Shown here piece by piece: positions 34,001 to 47,582 of a stretch of DNA of 64,000 nt. Every line of letters starts with the position of its first letter. Within the stretch, counting starts at the first letter, position 1. The notes beneath the pieces were generated by a model that made no database searches, was not told the DNA's origin, and worked only from the letters and a program-made list of their open reading frames with translations. The DNA is from Camelus ferus. Taxonomy: Eukaryota. The DNA is taken from contig NC_045706.1 of assembly GCF_009834535.1 (NCBI RefSeq), positions 1,798,001-1,862,000 of the forward strand, read 5' to 3'. Both the position numbers and the translations under genes were made by a program.

Positions 34001-37000
34001 GGACCCCTCTGTGCTAGCTGTGAGATTTGGGGTTTTCCTTCTGTGTTGCTTTGGGTGTCAGCATTGCATGGCGACTGGGTCTCGAAATTAATCAAAGTGT
34101 ATCCTTGGTCTGAAATAAAAACAAGTGTGGGTGTTGTGAAGGCAGCGCTGGGAGCCGGTGGTCTCGGAGTCATTAGGTCAAGAAGTGAAGGCCGCCTGCA
34201 TTCTCCTCAGCCCTGCCCCGGATCTGGGTGTGCTCGCGGACAGACGCAGCGACTTCCCATGACCCGGTCCCCGTGGTCCTTATTGACAACTCTGGCCGCA
34301 GCGCAGGGGCTCCGGCCCGAGCGGCTCGGCCGGGCCGGGTCACTGTCTCTGTTGGCTACTCCTGTCTGGGGCACGTGGCCCATCTCAGGTGCCACCCAGC
34401 TGCAGTCGCTCTGCTGTCCTCGAAGTCTCTGTCCTCTGACAAGCTAATAAGGTGCGTGATGTGGAGGGAAGTCCAAACTCTGGCATCCGAGGGGGAGTGA
34501 GCTGAAATCTGGGTGCTGCCAGCTATGGGCCCGGGGCGAGGCGGTGCCCTCAGAGCCTCACGCACCCCGTGAGACGGGGTGGCACGGCGACGGCATTGAT
34601 GGGCAGTGCCTGGGCTGGTGCCCGGGGCATGACAGACACACGTGGAGTAGTCTGAACCGCGCCCATCTCCGCAGTATCTCCAGGTTATCGTTGCTGCCTC
34701 CAGCAGTGAGAGAGCAGGCCCCACTCGCCACTGTGCTCAGAAGTAGAACAGGGGTTTTATCAGGACTGGAACTTGCCAGAGCTGCTTTCCTGTCACTTCC
34801 CCAGATTCCTGGTGTTTTCTTATGTTTTGTCTGGGAGGCTTGGGGGAGGAGCTCGGGGCAGAGCAACGCCGGTGTCGGGGGCTCGGTGGGCGAGCGGCAG
34901 ACTGCGAGGCGTGACCCGACCTGAGCGTGAGGGCAGGCCTGCGGGCCGGCGGGTCCCAGACGGTGCTCTTCCCTGTTGGACGTGGTCGCTGGTCACCGCG
35001 TGCAGCCTACAGGGCCCTGCGGGCAGAGCCTGAGGAGAGCCGCGCCCTTTGCCCCTGAAATGTCTGTGCCGAGAGCTAGGGTGTCTGGTCACCTGGGCCC
35101 TGGGGGGACGGGGTTCAGGGCGCAGGACACAGACTCAGAACGGTCTGACGGTTCAGGACGGCATGCTGGGAAGAAAGTCCACCCAGCAGTGACCGCCACA
35201 ACCGGGTCAGAACAGTGTGCGTGTGTGTGAGCGTGAGCATCCTTGTAGGAGCATTGTGCTGTGTGGCCCTGTGGGGGGGGGGGGGCCCACACACACGTAT
35301 TTTGTTTTGTTTCATTCTTGTAGCTGTTGGTTTTTAGGTAAAGACATTGGGGTCTGTATATTCTAAGAAAAGAGTTAACAGACAGAGAGAAATCAAAGAC
35401 AGAAAAAAGTGGCCTTAAAAGAATGTTTGAATAAAGCATAGAGGCTGTCCCTTCACCCTCCGTGGGCAGCACACAAGCCCAGCTGCGGTTAGGGGGGCCC
35501 TCGGGATGGGGGCCGGGGAGCAGAGAGGAGAGGTGGCCCCACGCACCTGTCGGGAGGGCCTCTGGCTGGGACTCCTGTTCTGGGACACGGCCCCGTGGGC
35601 CCCTGCCTCGCTGCCCACTGGGCGGCCTGACATCCCCGAGGCCCGTGGCTGCAGAGACCTGGCGTGGGTGGCTAGCTGACGCTGAGGACCCTGACCGAGG
35701 GGAGCGGGGACACGCAGCTCCGATGAGGGCACGGATCGTGCCTGGCCTCTGCTCCCTGAGACGCACAAGAGGATGGGGAGCCCCGGGGGTCCTCACCCCT
35801 TCTACTTGATTCGTGGGGAATTAAGAACTATGCTTGCATGCTCTGAGGACCCAGGGAGTGGTGGGGGGACAAGCCATCCTCAAGGATGGAATTCTGCCGC
35901 CAAGTTCGATTCCAAGGGACGGGGAGGGCAGGGGTTCAGCCCTCGGCTGACGGGACCCTCGGGGCTTCCCTTACCATCTCCCCAGAAGGCTCTGAATCGG
36001 GAAGGACCTTGCCTGCTTAATAAACCACAGGCGAGAGGGGGGCGGGAAGGGACCAGGCGGGGCGGCCCACGTGAGAGAGGCCCGGGACTGCAGGAGGGCG
36101 GTCTTCTCCAGAGAACGGTGGTCCCAAACAGCCAGGCCACAGCTTGACTGTTTCCAGGACCCTCACTTCTGGGAGGCACCCAGGAAGTCTGCAAAGATCC
36201 ACTGTGCTGAACAGCCCATCTGAAAATCTAGAACTTTCTCCTGTCTCCTCAGGGGCCTTTGTACCCTCTTGTAGGTCACACGCACACTGTGGTTGCCTTC
36301 TGATTTAGGTGGAGAAATTATCGTGAGTGGCCAACCTACCAAGGGAGATATGCACCTTTCTCAGAATGCTGAATTTTGTTTAAAGAAGTCAACACATTTT
36401 TCAGACTCATGGGCTGTTAGCAGGCACACAGTCACAGATTAATAGCCAGCAGAGCAGGGTTCAAAATGCAGGCATCCCTGTCCCAGCAAAGCATCATTTG
36501 TGGGTAATTCTGAAGCCTTTATCAGATCTGGGGCACTCAGGGTCCTGAGGTGGCATCAGTAATTCACTTTTTGTGATGCAAGAAAAAATGGGGGGTGAGA
36601 GGGCTGTGTCCCAGGCCTCAGCTGAGTCCTGGGGACATGCCTCGCCAAGTGTGGGTCCTTGGCTGCGTGCGGGAAAGGGTTCAAGAGTGAGCCACAGTTG
36701 AGTAAAGTTCAGAGAGACACACCCTCCATAGACAGAGTGCAGGCTGTTTCAGAAGGTGAGAGAAAGGCCACGAAGTGTGGGCGTTGGGCGCCCAGGTTAA
36801 AGTAAAAGTAGACACACACTCCTGGACAGAGTTGGTCTCACTCGGACGGCAGAGCGGCCGTGAGGAGCAGGGTCGCTAGTGTTGTGGGCTCGGGAGCTTC
36901 GCGGGCTGACAAGGGGGAGGGTTGCCACCACGCCCCTGGGGGAGGGGCGGCGCTGCCCGGGAGTAGGGCCACCGCTCACTTCTTGACCTTCCACGGTCAG

Positions 37001-38799
37001 CCTCGGCGCTGTCTTGGCGCCCGTGGGAGGGCCACTGGCCAAGCTGACGTATTACGATGAGCAGCAATGAAGCTCAAGGTCGACTGGAAGTCAAGTGTCC
37101 CACCATCTTGGGCCTCAGGTCCCCTGGGAGTGAATCTCCACCGCTTTGGTGCTGATGGCTGTGTCACTCCCTGAATGGCTGTGCCCTGCCCCCTTCCCTC
37201 CCTCCTCACTTGGACAAGTCGATGTATTTGCCGGGATAAAACCAGCGCCTGCAGGGGAACGGCGTCTCAGCGGCCTGGTTTTCCATTTACTGCAGAACCT
37301 GTCACCCGGCTGCGCTCCTGACGAAGCAAGCAGCCCTCTCACAGGTTCTGTGCTGGTGCAGAGCGCGGGCCACGCCCAAGGACTCGAGGGTTTACTGTGT
37401 CTGTCTTCTCTGAGGACGAGGCCTCGGGAGCCTGTCAGCTACAGGGCAGGCAGAAGTCGGCACACCCGGGACCACAGCTGGCCTCGTCCCCTCCCGCAGG
37501 TCGAGGTGGCTGTCGCTGGGGCGGCCGCACAGGATCCGTGCGAGACGGGGCGAGCCTCTGCAGAGGGGCCCCACTCTGCCCGGAGGACGTCGGTGCCGCG
37601 GGAACGCGGCCAGGCTGGGGGGGACGTGTTCTGGGGTCTGCACTTAGAGCCCCAAGTCGCACCGCGCGGACTTGGTTGGCTGTGAAAAACGGTGCCAAAG
37701 TTCACTGTGCGGAGAATTCGAATCTGTTTTTTATGAGAGATAGAAACACGCCATTTTTTAACCTGTTTGGTGTATTTTAAAACTGAATTCCTTCTAATGT
37801 TACCTGCTTGTTGTGTACCTTTTGGGAATCTGCACTTGGAGACACGGCTGGAAGGCCCCGTCCTTCCCGGACACCTTCTGGGCGCAGAGGAGACGGGCTT
37901 CTGGGCACCAGCTGGGGTCTTGCTGGCCTGCCCTCCCCGCCCTCGCCCGGGGGGGGGTTCTCCTCAGGGCGCTCCTGGCAGTTCTGTACAAGGTGGTGTT
38001 GAGAGGAATAGGCCTCAGGTCCAGCACATGTGTCGCCCCCGGGGAGCCTGCCTCCTCACAAAGCCTCTCCTCCCTAAAAACAACAGCGCGTTCCTCAGAA
38101 TAAAAGAAGGTCTGTGCTGTCACACCACTAGGCTGGTTTGGCATCAAAGAAGAAACGTGGTTAAATATTTTTAATCAGCAGGAAATCTGTCCTGTGGGAA
38201 TCTTTATAAATTAAATGCATATAAATAGACACTTGGCATTACCAGAGAAATTCCCCTCTAAAAAGGGTTGGCTTCCTTGATTAGATTCTCAGATGCGTTC
38301 TGCTCGCAGTGGCTCCAGAAGGCGCAGGGCTGAACGTTCTGAATGTGTCCTCTCTCCGAAACCGGCTGAGGAGCGCTGGAACCAGCGCTTTCCTGGGCCT
38401 GAACCCTGCGGAGAATGAGCTGAGACGCTCGGGTCTCGGTCATGGAGAGAAAACTACTTTTTAGCCCAGTTTCTTCTCCCCTCGTGAGACCGGGGCTCCC
38501 ACCCTCGCCTGTGTCCTGGGTCCGGAAGCCGCTGCTCTGGCCCGAGGTGCCCCGTGCGCTCTGGCCCCCGCCGCGTAGGTTCCGCAGGCAGCCTCCTGGT
38601 GTCTGCAGAGCAGAGGCTGTCGCTCAGAGCGCCCTCTCTGTTCGCTCCCCATCAGCCCAGGCCCGGGGCTCGGCGCCTCTGGCTGGTCCACGTGAGCGGT
38701 CGATCCGGTGTGGGAGGACGGGGCATCCTCCAGCCGCACAAACTTGTCGGCCCAGAGCCCGCGCGTTTATCCAGCCCTTACTCAATTAAGTATCAATGA

Positions 38800-39000
38800 A
38801 GCACTTACATTGTGACGTGCGCTTTTCACACGTGTGACCCTCAGAGCGAGCCTGGGGGAAGGGGCCGCTGTCATCTCCACTTTACAGAAGAGGAAACCCC
38901 GGCCCCACTAGGTTTCGGAGGAACCCCTGGGTGGCGAGTCCAGAACTGAAGTCTGGGCCGCCTGGGTCTGGAGCCCGTGGCTCGGCCCTGACGTACAGCA
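38800..39000 (-). mobile_element. MIR SINE
   Basis: catctccactttacagaagaggaaac matches the antisense MIR core. Confidence 0.6.
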
Positions 39001-39674
39001 TGCAAGTGGGCCTGGGCTTGAGAGTGGGGGTGGGGAGGCCCCCGGAGCCGCCAGCATCGCTGGGTTGGGTTTTGGGTTTTGTTTTTATTTGGCTGACATC
39101 TCAGTGGGATGGGAACCAGGCATGTTTCCCAGGTTACAACGGCAGGGACGTGCCACCGAGGCCAGCAGAATCTGGACATTGTGCCCACAGGGCGTGTGGG
39201 GCTGTGCGTCCCGCAGCCCTGCCCGGAGCTGGCCCGGGGGCAGTCCGAGCTCCACCAGGGCACCGGGGCAGGACGCCACCCACCCACCCCAGGGAGGGCC
39301 CTAGGGCGGCCCAGGGCGGTCTGTCAACCACAGCGTTATGGTAACAATCAACTTTGGTTTTGCCCTCCAACTATGACAGACACTAGACACTGTTTCATGG
39401 TGACAACTGTCGATCTCGTCACTTAGGAGATGCAGGTCAATGAGTGTTAAACCCCGTGGCGGTGGCTGTGGCCTTGGGTGCCTGCCCATTGGTGGGCTTC
39501 GTGCCCCAGACTCCTGAGGGGTGGGGCTGGCTGGGAAAGCTTTCCTGCGGGGTTTGGGAACGTGGATGGGGACAGTGAGGAAGCCACCCAGGGTCCTGGG
39601 CGCAACCCCCCACATAGCTGAGGGTCAGAGGCCACGAGCTGCAGAGTGGCCTCGGGCTAAGGGTCACTCAGCCA

Positions 39675-39745
39675 CCCCCCAACAAATGTTTGCAGAGCAC
39701 CTACTATGTGCCAGGCTGCGTGACAAGCACAGGGATCACCTGGGA
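39675..39745 (-). mobile_element. L2 3' terminal fragment
   Basis: caacaaatgtttgcagagcacctactatgtgccagg is a typical L2 end motif. Confidence 0.65.
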
Positions 39746-41024
39746 GACAGCTAGATGTCCGCGCAGCCCGGCATCCACGGTGCCTGCTGTGGGGACAACT
39801 CGGACCAGAGACCGACCACCGAGCACGCGTGCGTGCCGGTCGTGGGAGTGATGTCTGAGAGCCCCAGCTCATCCCAGAGGGCGTCTGGGGCTCTGCCAGG
39901 CAGAGGGAGGGCAGGCGGCTCCTGGGGGGACATCAGAGTCAGGGTCTGAAGGATGGACAGAACTCACCTAGCTCAGGGACAAGGGCTGCAGGGCTCTGGC
40001 CACCCTGCGAATTTTCAGTGTGGCTGGAACTCACCAGGCTGCAGAGCCCCGCTCCTGTCCTCGCGGAAGACAGAAGGCCCTGGTGCATAAGCGTCTGGGT
40101 CCACCGGGAAGGCAGCACCACCCCGGCAAACTCACGCAGCTTTGCCCAAATGTCCTGTGACGCTGACGGTCCCTCCAGCTCGGGGCTCCCAGGATACCTG
40201 CACACATTCCTGACTCCACTGGACCTTCTCAGTTCTAAAGCAGGGCCACTAGGACGTTTCCGCCAAGAGCCGCGGTGCGGGCTGACGACATCTCCACGCC
40301 AGGACCCACGCCGGGCACGTGGGCGTGCGCCCGGCGGGCAAGGTCAGACAGCCCTGCTAGGAGCGCAGACGCGGGGCTCCAGGTCCTCTGTGACTCATTT
40401 GACAATTTGTCAAAGGAGAGCCCCATCACGACGTATCTGGTGGTAAAGAGATAAATATATTCTTGGAATCCACCCTAGAAAACCCACTGATGTTTATAAA
40501 CCAACGAAAAGAAGTAGAATCTATGACAGTGGCAGGTACACTGACACTGAGAAGTGGATGGAGTGAGAAGCTTTGTCCCCATGAGTCAAGCTCACAGAAG
40601 GTGCCCTCTGGCTCCGTCTGCCCGGGGACCCCTGTGCTGATAGAAGGACGGTGGAGGGAGGAGCTTCCCCGCACAGCCGTGCGCTGTTCCCTGGCTGCGG
40701 ACCCTCCCGACCTGAGCCGTCAGGGGCAGGGAGCACGGTGGGCCCCGGGGCCGGGGGTGCACCCAGCTGCCCTCAGGCTTCTAGACGAGAACTGGGTCCC
40801 ACTCGATGCACTGGCTCGATTCTAAACCACTGACGCTTCGCCCTCCTACGCCCAGTGCCCGCATTCAACAGGCTGAGAAGGGCTGGTTCCCGGGCGGGAA
40901 GGACAGACGACTGCAGAGGTGGGCTTCAGTTCAGCCCGGTCTGGACCACTCAGAGTTCTCATGCAGAGCTGTGAGTCGACATGCAGCGCTGTGACACCTC
41001 TCAAGCCAGGAAGGCGCCGGGACC

Positions 41025-41038
41025 CCCGCAGGGGGCGG
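41025..41038 (+). promoter_or_regulatory. Candidate CTCF motif
   Basis: CCCGCAGGGGGCGG has one mismatch to the core consensus. Confidence 0.3.
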
Positions 41039-44000
41039 CCGGGCGGCTTTGTTCCCCGGCGCGAGGGTGGACAGCTAACAGGACGACGCGGTGTTTCCCC
41101 GGGTGCTGTAAAAAGGGCATTTCTAGCAATTCCTTTTCTCTGTTCGATGCACTGGCATCTCTAATACAGCGCCCACAGAACTCTGCGTAGAAATACAACA
41201 CAAGTCACGTGCTGTATAACAGGGAAAATCAAGACCCCGGGGGACACACTCAGGGAGCTGGGAAGGGAGGGAGGCATCTGCCAGCAGGGTCGGCACTTGG
41301 GAAGCACCAGACCTTGGCTCGTCCAGGCAACGGGGGCCACCAGCTCTGCCTGCACTGAGGGATGCCAGCCACCGCGTAGGGTCAGATCAGAGCTTCCCCT
41401 CCCCACCTGGTGTGGCCCCGCTGCCACCCTCCAGGTTTCTGGGCACGCTAGTGCCATCACTGTCAGGCAGGGAGGTTGGAGTGAGGATGTTTTGCGGATG
41501 CCAGACCACCAGCCTGTGTCTCAGATCCAGACCTGCCTCGGTCCTACTTCCTTGTCCCCTTTGCCACGAAGCAGAGTCTTTGGACAAGAGCATCTCCCTC
41601 ATCCAGCCATGGGCGGAGGCATGTCCCTTCTAAGACAGTGGGGTGGCTGGAGACATGAGTGAGGCACATCCCGTGGCCAGCCTGTGACTGGCATGAAGTG
41701 TGCCTTTGTATAAAAGCTGTCAGTATCTGTTTGCCCACCGTGGTGGTGGAGGTGAAGGCCAGCTGCCCTGGGCTGATCAGCAGGCTGTTTTCTTAGGTCC
41801 ATTGTCTGTTCCTCTTGCTGCTGTCCACCATCGGAGCCCAGTGAAGCGGAGGAGAGCTGCTGGAGAAGGCGTTCCTGCCCCCGCCTCCTTCGTAGTGCCC
41901 GAGCGCACGAGCAAACCTACCCCAGAGCTCCCGCAGCGGGCGCGTGCCTGTTGATCCCAGGGGTCTCAAGACGGCCCTCCGAAGAGGCAACATGTTGTCC
42001 AAACTGAAGGCCACACTGAACAGAGCAGAGAGCTGTAGCATCAGAGACAAGACAGTACAGATCCTCTGAGTGCTTAAGGGCTAATACTTTCAAAGCGGGG
42101 CCTGCAGGCTTGGTAAACTCCACTTTGCCCCAGTCTCCACCCCTCCCTATTGTCTTACAACCAACCCACTTCTGACTTTCCGTGTCCTCTTGGGCTTCGT
42201 ACGATTGGGTCTGTTTTTCCACTTCTCCATCCTAATCAAGGGCAGAGTGGACAGGAAGTGACTCACTGATGTCTGCTGGCCGGATCTTGCCAACCTGAAA
42301 CTGTTTTTACTTAAAGTGAAGTGATTCTCCTCCAGTCCAGCTCTGCCTTCAGGGCTGACGCGGAGACAGCGCGGGGCGGCCCAGGCTCAGCTGTGACCGT
42401 GGCCGTATGCTCGCTCGGACTCCTGCTCCTGAACCGGCGGCAGACTGGCCTCCTCTCCGCGCTCCGGCTTGGTCGTTATTTCTCTCTGTCTTGTGGGTTT
42501 GCTGCAGGAAGTGTTTTCGTGCTTCCCTGAAACAAACTTAGCCTGCCCTTTTCTTTGCATGGTTCTGGGCTTTTGAGGGTTAAACCCTGGGCCTGTGACG
42601 ACTCTCTCCCCACGGTCCTCAGCGACTGCCTCTCAGGCCCTGGGTGGGCGCCCGTCTCGTCCACACGCCTCTGTCGGACCTCAGCCCACACCTCCCGGGG
42701 CTGGACCAGGTGCTCGGGCCTGTCTCCCTCCTGGGCTGCTTCCTCAGGCGGGGGTCCGCTCTTCCCCGCAGGGGGTCCCGTGCTCCCCCCGGTGAGACCC
42801 TCCATCCGGTCCGCAAACCGAGAGACTCCACAGGGCACAAGGCCCCGCGTTCACCAAGTATGTTCACTCCGTTTCAATCAAATTGGATTGGAATTAAAAT
42901 TCCCAATTTATGTTTAAATATACATTTAAAGGTAATTTTCTCTCAGGAGTTGAGTGTTTATCTAGTGGTGACTTAAAACTCGTCTGATTAAGCCGTTCAT
43001 TTCTGGGAGATCACAGGCGCGCAGGGCTGACTCGGGTCTCGGGTTTCCTGACGGTCAGAGGTCGCGAGTGAGTCGGGGCCAGGATGGTTTCTGAGGACCG
43101 CAGCGCCGACCAGAAAGCATCGATGCGGATGTGTCACTCGGAGGAACGGGGTTGGGCAGGGAGACCCTGGGAAGCTGGCCGGGCTGAGTCCCGCCCTGCA
43201 CCTGCTCCGCGCCCTCCGGGGCCAGGCGATGGGCACGGCTCCGAGCTCCAGCTTCCCTGCCTGGCAGCGGGGACAGGACCGAGCCTCCCAGCAGGGCTGG
43301 TGTGAAAGTTCGGTGAGACATTTGTAACAGGCTTGGGAGAGAGCGGGGCACGGAACGGGGACCACTCACACCCACGCGGCCTGCAGACCGTCTCCAGGGC
43401 TGAAATCCCTCCTCAGGTGGAACTCACGCCTGCCCCTCCCCTGGAGTTAGCACTGGGCGCTTCCTGAGAGCCAGACCTGGGTGGGCTCAGAGGGAAGCAC
43501 TTAAATAAGGGAGGAAACGCCTCTTCCTCCCGCCGCTCACTGCTTGGCGCACACAGGAGGTGTCCACGACGAGTGCCGCCTTTGCCTCAACAGCACGCAC
43601 GTGGGCTGTCTGCACCCGGACTGCGTGTGCCCCTGTTTCCTGAAGGAGCGCCCGGCTCTGGGAGGAGGGCTCGCTCCCACACCAACAGGCAGAGACCGAA
43701 GGGTGACCTGCCGGCTCCCAGCCCCGCTGCGAGGGAGGGAGGGAGGTGAGCAGGCCCAGCCCGTGGGCCGCGGCGGCCTCCCAGCTGGGAGGACTGCCCT
43801 GCACCTGGGCCTGTGTGTGTGTGTGTGTGTGTGGAGGGGGGTCTGAAGACAGGAAGGGACTCTGGGGCCCGATGAGTTGGCCTCACAGTGGGACGTTCTG
43901 GACCAGCCAAGCTGGCTGGGATGTGAGTCCGGCCCCTCAGAAGCCCAGTCCTCACGTGTTAGGGCCTCAGAGCCAGGATAGAGGTTGCCAGGAAGCCTGT

Positions 44001-44045
44001 GAGATTCTGCAGGGAGCTGAAGTCACACAAAAAATGCCCAGTTCT

Positions 44046-44540
44046 CCAAACATCCACTGACAGATGACTGGATAAAGCAGATGCAGTGCACATGCACAGT
44101 GGAGCACCACTCCGCCATAAAAAGAATGAAACAACACCGCTTGCAGCAACATGGACGGGCCTGGGATGCTCATACTCCGTGAAGTCAGACGGAGAAAGAC
44201 AAACACCACATGTATCACTTGTACGTGGAATCCAAAAAGTGGCACAGATGCGCTCATTCACAAAACAGAGAGAGATTCACGACGTAGAAGACACGTTCTG
44301 GTTCCCGAGGGAGAGGACACGGGGAGGGGTAAGTTCAGAGTTTGGAATTCGCAGCTCCAAACTGCTGTATGTAAAACAGGCAAACAAGGACCCACTGCAG
44401 AGCACAGGGAACTGTATTCAATATCCTCTAATAGCCTAGGGTGGGAAAGAGTTTTAAAAAGAACATATATATGTATAACTGAGTAACTGCGCAGTTCACC
44501 TGAAGCCAACACAACACTGTGAATCAGCCACGCTTCCATT
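44046..44540 (+). mobile_element. 5'-truncated L1 3' end with a perfect 16-bp target-site duplication
   Basis: L1 3' UTR motifs, flanked by aaaaatgcccagttct at 44030-44045 and 44541-44556. Confidence 0.92.
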
Positions 44541-45004
44541 AAAAATGCCCAGTTCTGCGGTCAGCAGGGTCACTGAGTTTTGTTTTGTTCTGTTTATTTT
44601 GCATTAAAAGCACGTCCCCATACTGACACACAGGGAACAGAGAAGTGGATTAAACGGATCCACTTCCACATCGCCAGCCGTCCTCCCTGCAGGACAGACC
44701 AGTACCTGGGAGGGCTTCTCAGGACCTGGGAAACCGCCATCCTCCCGCCGCTGAGCAGGCCCTTCGGGCCTCCTGTGGGGCAGGTGTCAGGTTTCCATTT
44801 GTCTCCAGTGCTGGAGAGGAGCTCAGCGCACCCCCCCCAGGGGCTCCGGGTGGCGGGGGATACAGGCTGGCGCACCGCCCCCCAGCCTCCTAGCCCCGCA
44901 GCAGCCGGAAGCTTCTGCCGACCTGAAGGCTCCCATTCGTGTGTAAATCACTCTTTGAATCAGGCATTTGCTCAGCAAACAAAGCAGAGAGCAGGACACA
45001 GGAC

Positions 45005-45130
45005 TCACATGTGTTCAGGGCTTATGTGGAGCCAGGTGCACTTCTAAGTGCTTTGCTTAAATGCGTTCTCCGCACTGGACCCAGGTCTGGCGACTGTCCC
45101 GACCTGCAGAAAGGGACCGAGGCACAGTCC
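45005..45130 (-). mobile_element. MIR SINE remnant
   Basis: gagccaggtgcacttctaagtgctttg...acctgcagaaagggaccgaggcacag resembles antisense MIR. Confidence 0.55.
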
Positions 45131-47179
45131 CGCCGGACAGACAGAGGGCGGCCCAGGGGAGCGGGACCCCGCTGACGCTTCGGGCTGCCCCAGGCTGAGC
45201 TCTTAGTGGCTCTGCTGCTTCCCTGGGAAATTGTTTAAATACCTTCTGGAAGTTTACAAATAGCTGGTCCTGGTGAAGAAATTATTTTATATTATGAACT
45301 GTTGCTCCAATTATGTCTGGTTTCTGGGTTTGAATTTCAGTAGAAACGTCCCGGACTTCAAGCCCCCCCATCACAGAGGGGTCCACGCACACGTGCTGGT
45401 TCTCCAGCCTCCCTCCTGCTTCGAGATGCGACAGCTTCCAGGTGTCAGGGCTGTACCGGCCCAGGAGGGGGCTCCTCCTGGCCCCTGGGGGTGGCAGTCG
45501 CCCCTCAGGCCCCACAGGCACCCCTTACTGCCTATGCCACCTCTGGTTGAGGCTGTTAGGAGATGGTTTTCTGGGCTGCCTGTCTCACAGGAGCAGAGAG
45601 GGGCATTTTGGGGCTGGTTAGTGACGAAAGTCTTCAGACCCAACACGCATGGAAGGAAGGTGGAGCAGTAGGCTGCGGGCAGGGCGCGTTTGGGACCCTT
45701 GGCACCTTTGTCATCTGTATGGCACATGTCACCTGGGACCTGTCCTGACTACCCACACCTCAGCGATTTTCACCTTATTGTAACGTGAGCTTTTATTTGC
45801 ATCTGCAGTTACAGCATTCACAAGTGAATTAGCTGTTTTATTAACCACCGGTAAACAGATCTAATTTAGTAGTTTCAGGTATAATTAAGACTCTTGGAAT
45901 AGCAGACTTGGGTCCGTGCAAATTAGAGGGTACCGGAGACCCTTCAAAAATCATTCTCACACATTTGTCAAATCACCTGGAACCTCACCTCTTTTATTTA
46001 CCATTCCTTTTTAGAGGCTAAATTTAATTATGGGTTCATTAGGTGAGAGAAATTTTGATCCTACAGATGCCATTTCTAAATGAATGACGTTTCCTATCAT
46101 GCATTTGCCTGGATGAATGAAGTTTCCCATCATGCATTTGGGACATTCTTAATGTCAGGTCATAAGTGTGGACATGGAGAAGGTTTTTCCAGGCATTTCC
46201 TGTAAGACCTTGCAAAATAAACTGGGCCAGGGTTCTAAGGGCGATGGGAGAGGGGACGGCTGTCTTGCCTGGTCTCTGCGTCTGAGTTAAGATGTGTCGG
46301 CAGGTGGAGAGAGGGAACGAGGGAGCAGACGCAAGCCCAGCGGACCTTGCCTGCCTTTCACAGAATCACCGGGGGATAAGATGGTCTCCCAGTCCACCTG
46401 AGACACGCGGTGACGCGGCCACACTGCACCTTGAGTCTCAAAGTCTTTGTGCATCGTGTCTTTGAACTTTGCAGGACTGAGGAGATTTTAGCAGTGAGTG
46501 AAAATGTAAGCTTCTAGTCTGGAAACATAATTCTTTCCTCTAAGCCAACTCAGGATGCTGAAGCGCTCCCCTGAAAGAATCTAGGTTCCTTGTGAAGGTT
46601 TTTAAATAATCCTGCCTGAGAACGATAACCTAATCGCAGGAAGGCACTCATCCCGGCCCCCTTGCGGGCCCAGGGGGAAGGCAGTGGCAGGTGCAGTGAT
46701 CCCTCCCCAGATGAGGGAGCTGAGGCACAGAGAGGAGCCTCCCTGACCCTGGGCTCCCTGCTCAGTCTCTGGCCGTGACTTGGTCCCTGGGAGCCACACT
46801 GAGTGACAGTTAAATGTGCATGGCAGAGAGAGACTCAGAGACTCCGGGGAAAGATACACAAGGTGGGGTGGGCGTTTAGATCTGTCTCTGCTGATTCCAC
46901 TCTCCCTCCAGGGAAGCCAGCCACTGTCCCGAGGACTGTGACACCTCCAGCTCAGTTCTGGGACAGAGCAACACGAGCAACAATTGAGGGATACCCAAGA
47001 GTGGGGCCTGGATGGGCGTCCAGGCCACGGGCAGAGGGGAGCTGGAGGTGGCAGCCTCCGTACACCAGCCTGGTACAGGGAAGGAGACCCCCGGGCCCCG
47101 GGGGCGAGGAGGATGGAGCTGGTTAGCCCAGGGCAGCATCGGGGCCCTAACAGGTGGTTAGGGCTTAGACGCCATGGTC

Positions 47180-47385
47180 CTGGAGTCGGATGTCTGGGGT
47201 TCAATGTTAAGCTTTATCATGTAAAAGCTGCCTGATGTTAGGGAAGTCACTCCACCTCTCTGCTCCTCAACGTCTTTACTATAAAGTGTGGTATTTACAG
47301 TGCAGAGCGTAATGGGAAGAATTAAACACCGTATATAAAGATGATTAATGCAGGCCTGGTCTAGAGCAAGTGTTAGCAGTCATAG
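47180..47385 (+). mobile_element. MIR SINE
   Basis: ggagtcggatgtctggggttcaa...gggaagtcactccacctctctgctcctca...gcctggtctagagcaagtg follows the MIR consensus order. Confidence 0.65.
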
Positions 47386-47408
47386 TGAAGATGGCGAGGG
47401 CAGCTGCC

Positions 47409-47582
47409 ATGATGACGATGGTGATGATGGTGACAAAGCTGGTGGTGGTGGTGGTGATGGAAATGGTGGTGGTGATAGTGATGATGGTGATGGTGGTGGT
47501 GGTGGTGGTGACGGTGGTGATGGAAGTGGTGATGGTGATGATGATTATGGTGGGTGATTGTGGAGGCGGCGGCAGTGGTGGC
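47409..47582 (+). repeat. Degenerate (GGT/GAT)n trinucleotide tract
   Basis: gatggtggtggt-type units over about 170 bp. Confidence 0.9.
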
